Shown: positions 28,037 through 38,186, counted from the stretch's first letter. The stretch: DNA of 64,000 bases from Nitrospirae bacterium MYbin3 (GCA_002753335.1 PEAD01000013.1:1-64000); one strand, 5' to 3'. Program-made: numbers and translations. The notes: generated by a model from the sequence alone, not told the origin.

Positions 28037-28804
28037 TTATTGCGTCTGTGGTGCGGCAGCATTTGGGATATCATCCACAATTGTGCCGAGCGCCTCGGCC
28101 GCTTTGTAATAGTGTTCGAAGATGGCATGCGCTTCATCTTTTTTGGGCTTAATCTGGCCCGACTTGATAGTCAGCACCTTTTCAAATATTCCCTTTTCTA
28201 TTCCAGACAAAGCCTGAAGGGTGTTCAGCACTTCAATCCGCTTTACAGGAGGCTCCTGTCCTTTTAAAAATATTAATGCTCTGAGAACCGGCATGATTCC
28301 GGTAATGGAGCGCGATAAAAGCGTTGTGATTCGCTCATCGCTGCCGAGCGATGATATATAGTCCTGCCTGAGAGCTATAAGCCTTCTCTTCATCTCCTGC
28401 TCGCACTGGAGCCTTAAATAGGAACGCTCAATGGTTATGCCGGACAGAATGTCTTCACCATATACTGTGACATGTATTTGTTTCAGGTCGAGAAACTCGA
28501 CAGGGAAGACATCTAGCGACTGCATTATGTAGTCAGGAGTGAGCATAAGCGGGGCCGCGATTTTTTTCTTGCCGTATTTTGCACCGAGTGGGGCTAAAAA
28601 TCTGGCGAAAGACAGATCCATGTTTTTTAAAATAACCAAACTATTTATATCTGAGGAATTATCATCAAAGTCAGGTGTTACGGAGCTTCCTACAACATGG
28701 ACAGAGTGGATACCGTGCCCGTAGTTTTTGATTATCTCGGATAAGAAAGGGGTCAGTCTTTCCGAAACCGATGGTTTGAGTGCATTCATATATAGCTCAT
28801 TCAT
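28037..28804 (-). CDS. Nucleotidyltransferase-fold protein linked to TPM/lemA
   Basis: VVGSS...SDINSLV, SLDVFPVEFLDL, LRLQCEQE. Confidence 0.7.
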   Translation of the reverse strand: MNELYMNALKPSVSERLTPFLSEIIKNYGHGIHSVHVVGSSVTPDFDDNSSDINSLVILKNMDLSFARFLAPLGAKYGKKKIAAPLMLTPDYIMQSLDVFPVEFLDLKQIHVTVYGEDILSGITIERSYLRLQCEQEMKRRLIALRQDYISSLGSDERITTLLSRSITGIMPVLRALIFLKGQEPPVKRIEVLNTLQALSGIEKGIFEKVLTIKSGQIKPKKDEAHAIFEHYYKAAEALGTIVDDIPNAAAPQTQ

Positions 28805-28823
28805 AGTTAAAATTATATCATAC

Positions 28824-30353
28824 TCAATGCATTCCGGCCTGAGCCTCAGCATTTCCGCGCTTCATAATCCATACGAGTGGAAGAGTGATCAGCATAACTG
28901 CGCTTACGAGGTAAAAGGCGTCATTGAACGCAAGCATCGATACTTGTCGTAAGAGTTCTTTGTAGATTATGCCGAGGCTGCTCATTTCGGCAGAGCCCTG
29001 ATCCAAGCCATAATATTGAAAGAGCTGCGTGCTGTTTGAGGTTGCGATTTGGTAGTTTGTGTCAAAGGGTGTCAGGTGTTCCACAAGCCGGGATTGATGG
29101 AACTGTTGCCTGCGCGCTAATACTGTTGTGACAAAGGCCACCCCGAAGCTGCCGCCCAGATTTCTTAGAAGGTTGTAAATGGAGGTGGCGTTTGCCATCT
29201 GTTCTTTTGGTATGGTCGAAAGCGTTAGTGTGGTAAGCGGGATGAAGAGGAAGCCCATGCCTACGCCCAGGACTATCCTTGGCCAGAGGAGCGTGTAAAA
29301 GTCAGCGTGCAGATTGAACTGAGCCATAAGATAGACCGAATAAGCAGAGACTATAATCCCGAATGTCAGTAGGCCTTTGGGATTGACCTTTGTGACCAGT
29401 CTGCCTGCTATGGGCATCGCGATGAGGGTCGCTATGCCTCCGGGGCCGAGCACCATGCCTGCGAGCGTGGCGGTGTATCCCATCAAGCTCTGCAGGAAGA
29501 TAGGCAGCAGAACGATGCTTGCTAACAGGTTGAAGAACGCAAAAAACATTACGATATTGCCTGTTGTGAAGGAAAGATTTTTAAAGGTTTTTAAATCAAG
29601 TATTGGATGTTCGGCAAAATATTCCACAATCAGGAATGCGGTGAGCGACAAGCTTGAGACCACGGTCATCCTGAAAATGAAATCTGAGGTAAACCAGTTT
29701 TCCTGCTGTCCCTTGTCCAGCACTATCTGGAGGCTGCCGAGGCCCACCGCAAGCAGGATGAGGCCCCAGTAATCTATTTTCATTTTCATCTTCTTCATGT
29801 ATGGAGGGTCTGATATAAAAAACATCACCATTAAAATCGAGATTATGCCAAATGGGATATTGACGAAGAATATCCAGTGCCACGACCAGTTGTCCGTAAT
29901 CCATCCGCCGAGAAGCGGGCCTACTATGGGGCCGAACATTATGCCCACGCCGAATACAGCCATGGCTATACCGTGCTGCTGAGGCGGGAATGTTTCAAGC
30001 AGTATTGACTGAGATATCGGCTGCATGGCGCCGCCGCCTATGCCCTGAAGTATCCTGAAAAAGATAAGGCTTTGCAGGTTCCAAGCAGAGCCGCAAAGAA
30101 ATGAGCTTACGGTGAAAAGCGTTATCGAGAATATAAGGTATCTTTTCCTTCCGAACATTCTGCTGAGCCAGCCGGTCATGGGGATTATGATTGCATTGGA
30201 TACGAGGTAAGAGGTTATGGACCATGTTGCTTCGTCTATTCCGGCTGAGAGGCTGCCTCGTATGTGGTCTAGCGCGACATTCACTACCGAGGTATCTATT
30301 ATCTCGATAAGCGTGGGCAGCATGACGGTCAATGCAATAATCCATTTGTTCAT
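28824..30353 (-). CDS. DHA2 MFS efflux permease (EmrB/QacA)
   Basis: IDTSVVNVAL, WSITSYLVSNAI, FGRKR, RILQGIGGG, GPLLGGWITDN, RNLGGSFG. Confidence 0.93.
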   Translation of the reverse strand: MNKWIIALTVMLPTLIEIIDTSVVNVALDHIRGSLSAGIDEATWSITSYLVSNAIIIPMTGWLSRMFGRKRYLIFSITLFTVSSFLCGSAWNLQSLIFFRILQGIGGGAMQPISQSILLETFPPQQHGIAMAVFGVGIMFGPIVGPLLGGWITDNWSWHWIFFVNIPFGIISILMVMFFISDPPYMKKMKMKIDYWGLILLAVGLGSLQIVLDKGQQENWFTSDFIFRMTVVSSLSLTAFLIVEYFAEHPILDLKTFKNLSFTTGNIVMFFAFFNLLASIVLLPIFLQSLMGYTATLAGMVLGPGGIATLIAMPIAGRLVTKVNPKGLLTFGIIVSAYSVYLMAQFNLHADFYTLLWPRIVLGVGMGFLFIPLTTLTLSTIPKEQMANATSIYNLLRNLGGSFGVAFVTTVLARRQQFHQSRLVEHLTPFDTNYQIATSNSTQLFQYYGLDQGSAEMSSLGIIYKELLRQVSMLAFNDAFYLVSAVMLITLPLVWIMKRGNAEAQAGMH

Positions 30354-30354
30354 C

Positions 30355-31599
30355 TTAAGATTTTTTTATCAGTTCAAAAAGCAATACGTCTATTTCATCA
30401 ATAAGCTCTTTGAATCTTCCACCGTAGCTTTTGGATGAAGAAAACAGGTTTGTGCGCAGGGCTTGAATTTCTGGGTCGCTGCATTTCTCATAGGTGATGT
30501 GGCCCTGCTGCATAGCCATACGTTCTTTAAAAAGCAGCGTCTTGGCGTCTTTGACAAAGGGTATAAGCAGGCTGCGCAGTCTTGCAATGCGTTCTACATA
30601 ATCCTGAGAAGCCGGCTTTTTGTTTTCTATCTCTGATGAAATCTCTTTCAGAAGCATGTATAGCGTGCAGTATTCCAAGCCGCGCACACCTCTTCGCCAC
30701 TGAAGGAGCATCGGGTTTCTCCAGAACCATAAGAAGTTTCTTTCGCCGAATTCGATCAGGTGTTTTGCTATTGCTTCGAGTCTTGAAATATCATGTTGTT
30801 TTAAACTGCTGATAGTCGATGAGGTTTCATCATTTTTATTGTTTGCAGAGGCTTCTGTTTCTGCAAGGTGCTGCCAAAGATTTTTTAATATGATGATACC
30901 GTTATCATCGCCGGGGCTGTCGAAATGCACAAGAGACAGAACAACTTTCCCTGAACCGTAAGCTCCTTCTACCACAGCAGGTTCTCCGGTAAGTCTTGCT
31001 GGATTAAGGTTGATGCCGTAAATCTCTTCGAATCGTTTCCATTCCTCGTTCGAAGCCACATCTCCAACATTGATGTCAGAGCTGAACGCATCAGGCATAG
31101 CTTCGCTGTAAGATGCAATTGTCTTGATCGAGTCATCAGCAGCAACGAACTGCGAAGGCCACCATGCATGAAATACTTTGTCTTTTAGCCCCTGCAAGAT
31201 TTTATGTTCGCTTGTGTTCAGTCGTATCTTGCCGCTGAAGCTGGGCACCCTGTCTTTGGTCGGCATTCTGTTTATGTTTGCGATACCGATGCCGTCAAGG
31301 GTTGCGAGACCTGCTCCTCCGCAAAAACCGAGGTAATTTCCGCCCGAGCTTACAAAGCTACGTATAGCTTCGGCCCCTTCATCGCCTAGGGTTTTAAGTT
31401 TGTTTGAAGCCCAGCCTCCCGGCACAAACAGCATCCGGTAATTTGAAAGCACGCCTTTTTTGATGTCATCAGATCTTATGATATTGAACGGGAGTGAGGC
31501 TCTTTTCAAGGCCCGGACAGACATAATTCCCCACAAGAACGACTCATCCCATAGCAGGGCTGCGGCTGTTTTATCGTGTTTGTTTGAGTTTTGCTTCAT
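30355..31599 (-). CDS. BPL-N / class I glutamine amidotransferase-like domain protein
   Basis: LFVPGGWA, GGNYLGFCGGAGLA nucleophile elbow, YGSGKVVLSLVHFD. Confidence 0.75.
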   Translation of the reverse strand: MKQNSNKHDKTAAALLWDESFLWGIMSVRALKRASLPFNIIRSDDIKKGVLSNYRMLFVPGGWASNKLKTLGDEGAEAIRSFVSSGGNYLGFCGGAGLATLDGIGIANINRMPTKDRVPSFSGKIRLNTSEHKILQGLKDKVFHAWWPSQFVAADDSIKTIASYSEAMPDAFSSDINVGDVASNEEWKRFEEIYGINLNPARLTGEPAVVEGAYGSGKVVLSLVHFDSPGDDNGIIILKNLWQHLAETEASANNKNDETSSTISSLKQHDISRLEAIAKHLIEFGERNFLWFWRNPMLLQWRRGVRGLEYCTLYMLLKEISSEIENKKPASQDYVERIARLRSLLIPFVKDAKTLLFKERMAMQQGHITYEKCSDPEIQALRTNLFSSSKSYGGRFKELIDEIDVLLFELIKKS

Positions 31600-33313
31600 A
31601 TCCGCGCGGGGTGATAATGCGATTGTTCCAGACAAGTGTTTTTGAATTCCCGATAATGACCGTGGTCTGCATGTCTATTTCGTGCGAAAGCATATCATTG
31701 AGGTTTGTAATCACAACACTCTCATCAGGCCTCATTGCGGCTTTTACTATTCCGACAGGAGTGCTTTTGCTTCTGTGCTTCATTATTATATCTCTTGCGA
31801 TGTTTATGTGCTCAACTCTTCCCCTGCTTTTGGGGTTGTAGAGGACTATTACGAAATCCGCGGCAGAAGCGGCTTCGAGCCGCTTCTCGATCAGCCCCCA
31901 ATTTGTCAGTCTGTCCGAGAGGCTTATGCAGGCGAAGTCATGCATTAAAGGCGCGCCAAGTCTTGATGCGCATGCGTTCAATGCCGAGATGCCCGGTATT
32001 ACTTCAACAGGAAGGTCGGCTGCATTTTTTTCTTTCAGTATTTCTAAAGTGAGTCCTGCCATCGCATAAATGCCGGGATCCCCTCCGCTTATCACCGCCA
32101 CCTTTTTGCCTTCCAAAGCAAGCTCTACCGCTTTTCGGCAGCGTTCGGTCTCTTTTGTCATTCCTGTAGAATGGATTTCTTTAGAGCGCAGCAGTTGAGG
32201 TATGAGTTCAAGGTAGGTGTCGTAGCCGACAATGGCATCGGCCTTTCGTATCGCGTTCTGCGCGTAAGGCGTTATGTGGTCTATGCCTCCGGGGCCTGTA
32301 CCAACTATAAATATTGCCCCGGGTTGAAATAGCCGCGCCTGTTTGCCGGACGACTCAGCTATTGCGATAGTAACATTTCCCATTTTTTGCTTTGTCACGA
32401 CAAGGCTGTCTGTGTCTGAAGCTAATAAAGCTGCCGGTTCAGAAACGGCGTATGCGCCGGTGGCTTTGAACACCGTCTTCGATTTTTTGATGCCCTTTAC
32501 GGAGTTTAGCTCTTCCGGCCGGAAGCTATGTACAGGCAGATTGTATTTTTTTGCAAAGGCGGCGAGTCCCGGTTCCTTGGCCTTAATATCGATAGTTGCT
32601 GCGGCGCTGACCGAGAGAAAAGAAAGGTTGTTTTCTTCGATCACTTCCCAAACCGCACTTTCAATCTCATCCATGGATGTCCCGCTGTTGCAGCCTATGC
32701 CTATTATCAAATTTTTGGGCCTGAGGTATAGCTGATCTTTTGCCCTGCAGCCGCAGTTGGCAATGGTTTTCTTGTTGGTAATGAGTAGGTCTGCAAAGCG
32801 AGGTTCTGCATTGAGAAAATCTTCCGGAAGCTTTATATCAATTTCGGAATATACACGAAGGGTTCCGCTGTTCAGGAACCTGACAGCTGTTTGAGGAAGT
32901 TTGTCCCACTCTTCAATTATCAGGTTGTTTTCGGCAGCCCACAAATCAAGGGAGGGGAGATTGTTTGCGTCAGATGCGGTTGTCACAACAGCTTCTGCAC
33001 AGAGATAACCCGCAAGCTCTTGGGTGAATCTATTTGCGCCGCCTAAATGGCCGCTTAAAAGGCTCACCACATGATTACCCGCCTCATCCAGCACGAGCAC
33101 AGCCGGGTCTGTTCGCTTGTCCTTGATAAAAGGCGCAATCGTTCTTACAACAATACCGCTTGCCATGATAAACACAAGTGCTTTTGTATTTTCCCATAGA
33201 TTTTCAACCGATTCAGCATTGAATTTAATAACCTCTGCATCAGGATAAAATCCTTTTATCTTTTGGGCGAGGGTGAGGCCTTTGTTGGTTATATAAAAAA
33301 TTGCTATGGACAT
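31571..33313 (-). CDS. cbiG-cbiH: Fused CbiG (cobalt-precorrin-5A hydrolase) and CbiH/CobJ (precorrin-3B C17-methyltransferase)
   Basis: ASGIVVR, DPAVLVLDE, SLLSGHLGGAN, IGIGC (CbiG); VGTGPG, SGGDPGIY, GAPLMHDF, YNPKS, TPRGY (CbiH). Confidence 0.93.
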   Translation of the reverse strand: MSIAIFYITNKGLTLAQKIKGFYPDAEVIKFNAESVENLWENTKALVFIMASGIVVRTIAPFIKDKRTDPAVLVLDEAGNHVVSLLSGHLGGANRFTQELAGYLCAEAVVTTASDANNLPSLDLWAAENNLIIEEWDKLPQTAVRFLNSGTLRVYSEIDIKLPEDFLNAEPRFADLLITNKKTIANCGCRAKDQLYLRPKNLIIGIGCNSGTSMDEIESAVWEVIEENNLSFLSVSAAATIDIKAKEPGLAAFAKKYNLPVHSFRPEELNSVKGIKKSKTVFKATGAYAVSEPAALLASDTDSLVVTKQKMGNVTIAIAESSGKQARLFQPGAIFIVGTGPGGIDHITPYAQNAIRKADAIVGYDTYLELIPQLLRSKEIHSTGMTKETERCRKAVELALEGKKVAVISGGDPGIYAMAGLTLEILKEKNAADLPVEVIPGISALNACASRLGAPLMHDFACISLSDRLTNWGLIEKRLEAASAADFVIVLYNPKSRGRVEHINIARDIIMKHRSKSTPVGIVKAAMRPDESVVITNLNDMLSHEIDMQTTVIIGNSKTLVWNNRIITPRGYEAKLKQTR

Positions 33314-33453
33314 GTTAGTTTGTACCCACGATACTTTGCCTTTTCACTGGATTTTATTTGAATGATTTGCTTCCAGTAATTTTACCACAAAAAAAATATT
33401 GTGAAGACGGACTATTGTATAATCTTATTAGCAGCCATATGGTGAGGGTTCTT

Positions 33454-33795
33454 ATGAGAATGAAGCTACTTATGTTTGCTGTAATTGTATGCCTGCTTAT
33501 ATCTGCTGGAATTTGCGCTGCTGCTAAAAACAAATATATTGACCCTCGCGCTTGCTCTATAAAAATAACCAGCAATCCCTCAGGAGCAAAAATCTATGGG
33601 AGCGGCATTCGTTTGCAAAACAGAACACCATATACAATGGCCGATCTGGTGCCGGGCAGTTATAAAATAGAGTTAATCAAGGACGGATATAAGGAATACA
33701 AAACCACCGTAAAAGTGGCTGCAGGAGAAGAAGCTGAAGTAAATGCAGTCCTTGAGAAAGTGACAGATACAGAAAATATTAATGCAGACAGATAA
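33454..33795 (+). CDS. Exported PEGA-domain protein
   Basis: Signal peptide, ITSNPSGAKIY..TP..L.PGSYKIELIKDGYKEY. Confidence 0.8.
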   Translation: MRMKLLMFAVIVCLLISAGICAAAKNKYIDPRACSIKITSNPSGAKIYGSGIRLQNRTPYTMADLVPGSYKIELIKDGYKEYKTTVKVAAGEEAEVNAVLEKVTDTENINADR

Positions 33796-33839
33796 GTGAA
33801 ATATAGCTGCAAATAGTTGATCAGGTTTTCTCAAAACTC

Positions 33840-33895
33840 TTTACAAAAACTTTACCAAAAGTTAACCTTATACTTACCTCTCGTTCTGTTAAGCT
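33840..33895 (+). promoter_or_regulatory. Four 11-bp-period direct repeats plus -10 element (OmpR/PhoB-type activated promoter)
   Basis: TTTAC (33840), TTTAC (33851), TTAAC (33862), CTTAC (33873), then 12 bp, then TAAGCT (33890-95) with an extended TG. Confidence 0.6.
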
Positions 33896-34052
33896 CCATA
33901 TAGTCCTGTTCTAGTTTCTTTGCACCTTTCAAGAGGTGCGGGGTCACTTTTTCCTATCGGTAGTTTTGCTTTCTTGGGGGGTATTCATACCGGCGTCATT
34001 ATAAACCGCAGTAGAATTAATGAAGCTGCCGAAACCGCTTCTGGGGAGAAAA

Positions 34053-35591
34053 ATGAAAACCTTATTTTCGATCACCATCGTCACTATCCTGTTTTTGTCT
34101 GGATGCGCTACCCCCTATGAACTTCATAGCGCTGCTGTCCTTGGTTATGAAAACAGGGCAGAGAGCTTGATCGCAAAGGGGGCCAATGTGAATGAATGGG
34201 ACAGAGGCGGTAACACTCCCCTGATGCATGCTGTTTCGCAAGGCAAAGCAAAGATCGCAAAGTTGTTAATTGACAATGGCGCCAACATGAATGTCAGATA
34301 CAGTGACGGCAATACACTTCTTTGTACTGCAATCATTCTTGGTTATACAGAAATTACCAATATGCTCATCTCCAAAGGCGCTGATGTGAATGCTAGGACC
34401 ACAAACGGCATTCACACTCCCCTTAGTTGGGCGATCCATAAAGAGAATATAAAAGTCGCAAAGCTGCTCATTGAGAAAGGCGCAGATGTAAATGACAGGA
34501 AGAGTATCGGCGGCAACACCCATCTAATGAGTGCAGCCTATTTAAGCAACATAAAGGTCGCAAAGTTGCTCATTGACAACGGTGCCGATGTGAATGCCGA
34601 GAATCGTGGCTGGACTCCTCTGATGTTCGCAAAAACTAAAGAAATGGCCAATTTTCTTATCTCAAACGGCGCCGATATGAATGCCCGACTTAGTGATGGG
34701 AGAACTGCTGAAGAGATTTGTCTTAATAATATTAGGAGCCATGAGCTTGCACAACAGCAGGAGGCAGAACAGAAACAGCAGCAGGATGCTGCACGGCAGC
34801 GCCAGCAAGAGGAGGCCGCACAGCAACAGCAACAACAAGCATCGAGTAATCAGGGGAGTTCAGGCGGTGGCTCAGGCTTTGTAGGCTCGTTGTTCAATGC
34901 GTTCGGTGCAGGTGCTATGAATAACGTCGCCAGCAAGATTCGGGCAGAAAATACGATAGGCAGCCGCATAATGGGCGATACCATGTCCAGCATGGCAAAC
35001 AAGGTTGCCAATAATGATACGTCTTCGACTGTTGGCGGCGGGGTTGGCGACACGGTTTTTAAGGGCACAATGAACAGTCTTCTTGATAAGCAGGACAGTG
35101 TGATGCAAAGCATTCCGGGCAGTTCAGGATTGAAAATGGCTTCGCAGGCATACACAAATACAATTCGTGATGAAGTTGACAGAAAAGTTCAGCAGCGCCA
35201 ACAAACAGAGACTTATGCAGAAAATAACAGCTCAGGTGAAAGCAATACACAGTCCGACTGTTTAAATAGACTGTCCGGCGCTTGGGAACATCCGGTTGGG
35301 GGCAGATGGGAGTTTCAAGACAATAAAGCCCGGATGGTTTTAAATGCAAGGAACTATGGCTCAGCAGCCAAGCAGATCACCGAAATGGCGATCTTTGCCT
35401 GTGAAGGCAGCACCATGAAATACAAGCTGGTGCGTGCTGCTTTAATCAACACAGTTGATCCCAGCATGGCCTATGACAAAACACCGGCCAATACACCGAA
35501 TTTGCCTAAATGGTCCAAGACGCACACGCAGGCATACTCAATCTCGGGCAATGCCTTGAAGTTTGGAAATTATACCTACATGAAGCAATAG
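34053..35591 (+). CDS. Ankyrin-repeat lipoprotein with Gln-rich linker and unknown C-terminal domain
   Basis: LSGC lipobox, about six ankyrin repeats (GNTPLMHA..LIDNGA), poly-Q and Gly/Ser linker. Confidence 0.85.
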   Translation: MKTLFSITIVTILFLSGCATPYELHSAAVLGYENRAESLIAKGANVNEWDRGGNTPLMHAVSQGKAKIAKLLIDNGANMNVRYSDGNTLLCTAIILGYTEITNMLISKGADVNARTTNGIHTPLSWAIHKENIKVAKLLIEKGADVNDRKSIGGNTHLMSAAYLSNIKVAKLLIDNGADVNAENRGWTPLMFAKTKEMANFLISNGADMNARLSDGRTAEEICLNNIRSHELAQQQEAEQKQQQDAARQRQQEEAAQQQQQQASSNQGSSGGGSGFVGSLFNAFGAGAMNNVASKIRAENTIGSRIMGDTMSSMANKVANNDTSSTVGGGVGDTVFKGTMNSLLDKQDSVMQSIPGSSGLKMASQAYTNTIRDEVDRKVQQRQQTETYAENNSSGESNTQSDCLNRLSGAWEHPVGGRWEFQDNKARMVLNARNYGSAAKQITEMAIFACEGSTMKYKLVRAALINTVDPSMAYDKTPANTPNLPKWSKTHTQAYSISGNALKFGNYTYMKQ

Positions 35592-35621
35592 AAATAACTG
35601 GACAACATGGTAAAGGAGAAA

Positions 35622-37103
35622 ATGAAAAATTCGTTATCTTTAGCAATATTTGTTTCAGCCATTGTTGTGTTGGTGTTTGGTGGGTGTGACAGAAACCGCA
35701 CTGCCCATAACCGGATCGAGGCGCTGACTGCCACGGCGCAGTCTGATGGTACGCTTTATTTCACCGGAAAGTATCAAGGTGATGCGGTGCGTTTCTCTTA
35801 TCATGGACCTATCGGACAGGGCAAATGGTACGTTTATAGCGGCACTCCGGGCAACCGAACACGGGCCACCATCAGCGACAAAGGCGGCCTGCAGGAGATT
35901 CTGTCGGTGGATAAGGGCGAGCGAATGACGGTCAACTATGTCGGCAATAAACGTATCGAATACCGCAACTACTCAAGCGCAGGGAAGTTCGTGTTTGGAT
36001 CGGTGCTTTATCCGAAAGGCAATAAATGGATGCAGGGATTGATGTTTACGGAGGCGTTTGCGGGCTATGACAATCTTGTCAATGTCACAGACGTAACAGC
36101 GCAAGTGACCAGAGACTTGGCCAATACGAACAAATCTATTTCCAAAGCTGCGGCCGGGTTTGATCTTATTCCTACAGCCTACGCAGCTAATTGCGACAAC
36201 GGATGCAGGACGTTTGCCGGAGTTGTTTGGGATATGGCAAAAACAGTAGGCTGGAACGGCTTGACCACGATGACCGGAATTGCCGCGGCCACTCTTGGAG
36301 CTGCAGAAACCGGCACGGTGATAACAACTGTGGGTGGGGCCGTAATTGAAGGAGCTGTTGCCGCACTTTCATCACCCGTTGTTGTGGGCGTTATAATCGG
36401 TTCTCTTGCCTATGACAAGAAGGACATAATAAAAGAAAAGTTCAACAATATCGCTGCGGTAGTCAGCGCTTTTGCCGGAAATGAGCGCAATAATATTCAG
36501 ATCACCGATTCCGCACCCTCAAAAGAGAATTCCGATGATTACAAGGCATTTTCAAGCCCGACTTCTTTCAGCACTATAGCTTCCCCGGTTGTGCCGGAGA
36601 CAAAAACAGCATCGAAAACTCCAGCAATAGCAAAGGTGCCCGAAACAACAAAGACCCAGACAACAGTCCAGGCTTCGATTAAAACTCCATCTAAAACTCC
36701 ATCTAAAACTCCATCTAAAACTCCGGTTACGGCTTCACTACCGGCTCCAAAGAATTTCACCGCAACCGGCAGCGAAACGACAGTCAATACCAAAACTCGC
36801 AGGGGCAACGACCCTGAACTTATCGGCACATTCAAGGGATTAAGCAAAAATGCTATGGGTAGAAAAATGATATTCTCCGGAAACGAACTGGTTATCTCTA
36901 TCAGTGAATGTTCTGTGAGATCTTCCTATGTGACAACGATGATTGATGGGATCAAATACATAACGCAAACGTCGTTATCAGACAGTCCGCCCTCTTGCGG
37001 CGGCGCTATGGGCATAAAATACGCAGCGTCATACAGCATATCCGGCAGCACTCTTACCATCACAAATACAAATGAAGTCACAACCGTGTATGAAAGGCAG
37101 TAG
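35622..37103 (+). CDS. Hypothetical lipoprotein with internal hydrophobic segment and Thr/Pro/Lys linker
   Basis: FGGC lipobox, AAGGAG RBS, Gly/Ala/Val-rich central segment, KTPS repeats. Confidence 0.75.
   Translation: MKNSLSLAIFVSAIVVLVFGGCDRNRTAHNRIEALTATAQSDGTLYFTGKYQGDAVRFSYHGPIGQGKWYVYSGTPGNRTRATISDKGGLQEILSVDKGERMTVNYVGNKRIEYRNYSSAGKFVFGSVLYPKGNKWMQGLMFTEAFAGYDNLVNVTDVTAQVTRDLANTNKSISKAAAGFDLIPTAYAANCDNGCRTFAGVVWDMAKTVGWNGLTTMTGIAAATLGAAETGTVITTVGGAVIEGAVAALSSPVVVGVIIGSLAYDKKDIIKEKFNNIAAVVSAFAGNERNNIQITDSAPSKENSDDYKAFSSPTSFSTIASPVVPETKTASKTPAIAKVPETTKTQTTVQASIKTPSKTPSKTPSKTPVTASLPAPKNFTATGSETTVNTKTRRGNDPELIGTFKGLSKNAMGRKMIFSGNELVISISECSVRSSYVTTMIDGIKYITQTSLSDSPPSCGGAMGIKYAASYSISGSTLTITNTNEVTTVYERQ
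36681..36724 (+). repeat. 12-bp coding tandem repeat (AAAACTCCATCT x3.7, encoding KTPS)
   Basis: Read directly from the sequence. Confidence 0.9.
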
Positions 37104-37159
37104 TACCGTATCAGGATTGGAGCTGGCGATACCTGCAGCCACTTTTTTTTGAGGCCCTT

Positions 37160-37822
37160 TCATTTTGATGCTTTCAGTGCAATATCCATGTCCAAGACAA
37201 ACTGCTTGGCGTATTGTTTAAAAAACTTTTTAATGGTTTCCCATTTTATTTTTCGCTCTATATATACAGGATCCGGATTGGAGTCAGCATCCGAGAAATA
37301 GACAAGCGCCTTACCTATATGGATAGGATTGACTCTTTCTTTCCCGAATCTTTTGACCGTATGATTAGCTATTTTATAAAAGGGTGTTGTTTGAAGGATA
37401 AAATACAGATCTGCAAAATCTCTCTTTGTGCCTCTTTGGATGATGGCAATCATCTTCATCGCAGCGATATCAAAAATACTGGCTATAAGCACATCTTTAT
37501 ATGCTATAGGGGTGACAAACGGATAGTCGTACTGAAAAAGCGAGAACTTCACCCCGTCTATATCTGCAATCAAAAAACCTTCACCCTCTGACAGAACTCT
37601 GAAATTCAAACCAGTTTTTCTGATAGCCGAAATAAGAGAATCTGTAGAAAAATCTTTGTTTGTGAAGAAATCCAAATCCACAGACAGTCTATGTCCGATT
37701 TGTAATGAAAGCGCTGTCCCGCCTGCCAGAACCCCCTGATATTTTATAATGATGCCTTTAATCGCCCTAAAAACTTTCCATCCGTTTTTAGGCAGACATT
37801 CTTTATGCAGTGTTGTTTTCAA
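37160..37822 (-). CDS. AbiEii-family nucleotidyltransferase toxin (type IV TA)
   Basis: LAGGTALSLQIGHRLSVDLDFF, DIAAMK, RGTKRDFADLY; probable TTG start. Confidence 0.88.
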   Translation of the reverse strand: MKTTLHKECLPKNGWKVFRAIKGIIIKYQGVLAGGTALSLQIGHRLSVDLDFFTNKDFSTDSLISAIRKTGLNFRVLSEGEGFLIADIDGVKFSLFQYDYPFVTPIAYKDVLIASIFDIAAMKMIAIIQRGTKRDFADLYFILQTTPFYKIANHTVKRFGKERVNPIHIGKALVYFSDADSNPDPVYIERKIKWETIKKFFKQYAKQFVLDMDIALKASK

Positions 37823-38186
37823 ACCATATATCCCAGAAATTCTTTGATTTCTCACTTATTGATCTGCTCACATTAAGCACATCAAGGATTTTTTGTGCCG
37901 GATACACCTTTTGCATCCAGTTAAGGGCGTTCAGATCTCCAAGCTCCAAAATCCTTTCTATGATGTATCTGGCGTTTTTGTTGATGTTAATATTAGCAAG
38001 GCTGGTATCCCAAAACAGGCTGCGAAAACGGACCGGAACTCTTTTTGCCTCATCATTATCCCTCAGAAATTTAATGGCCTTAGGGCTGTCAACAGTGCCG
38101 AGATACTTGTGGACCACCTTTTGCCCCTCTCTTGTGACAAGGTAGGCATAGTTGCCTTTACCGATCTTTTTTATAGCCACGCTCAT
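37803..38186 (-). CDS. DUF6922-like antitoxin partner
   Basis: SLFWD..., YIIERILELGD, KSKNFW; overlaps the toxin start. Confidence 0.78.
   Translation of the reverse strand: MSVAIKKIGKGNYAYLVTREGQKVVHKYLGTVDSPKAIKFLRDNDEAKRVPVRFRSLFWDTSLANININKNARYIIERILELGDLNALNWMQKVYPAQKILDVLNVSRSISEKSKNFWDIWFENNTA

Noticed and set aside
33900..34052. Riboswitch in the long leader of the ankyrin gene
   Set aside because: Only a small hairpin (GCACCT..AGGTGC); no cobalamin, c-di-GMP or Moco consensus recognised. An Rfam scan would settle it.
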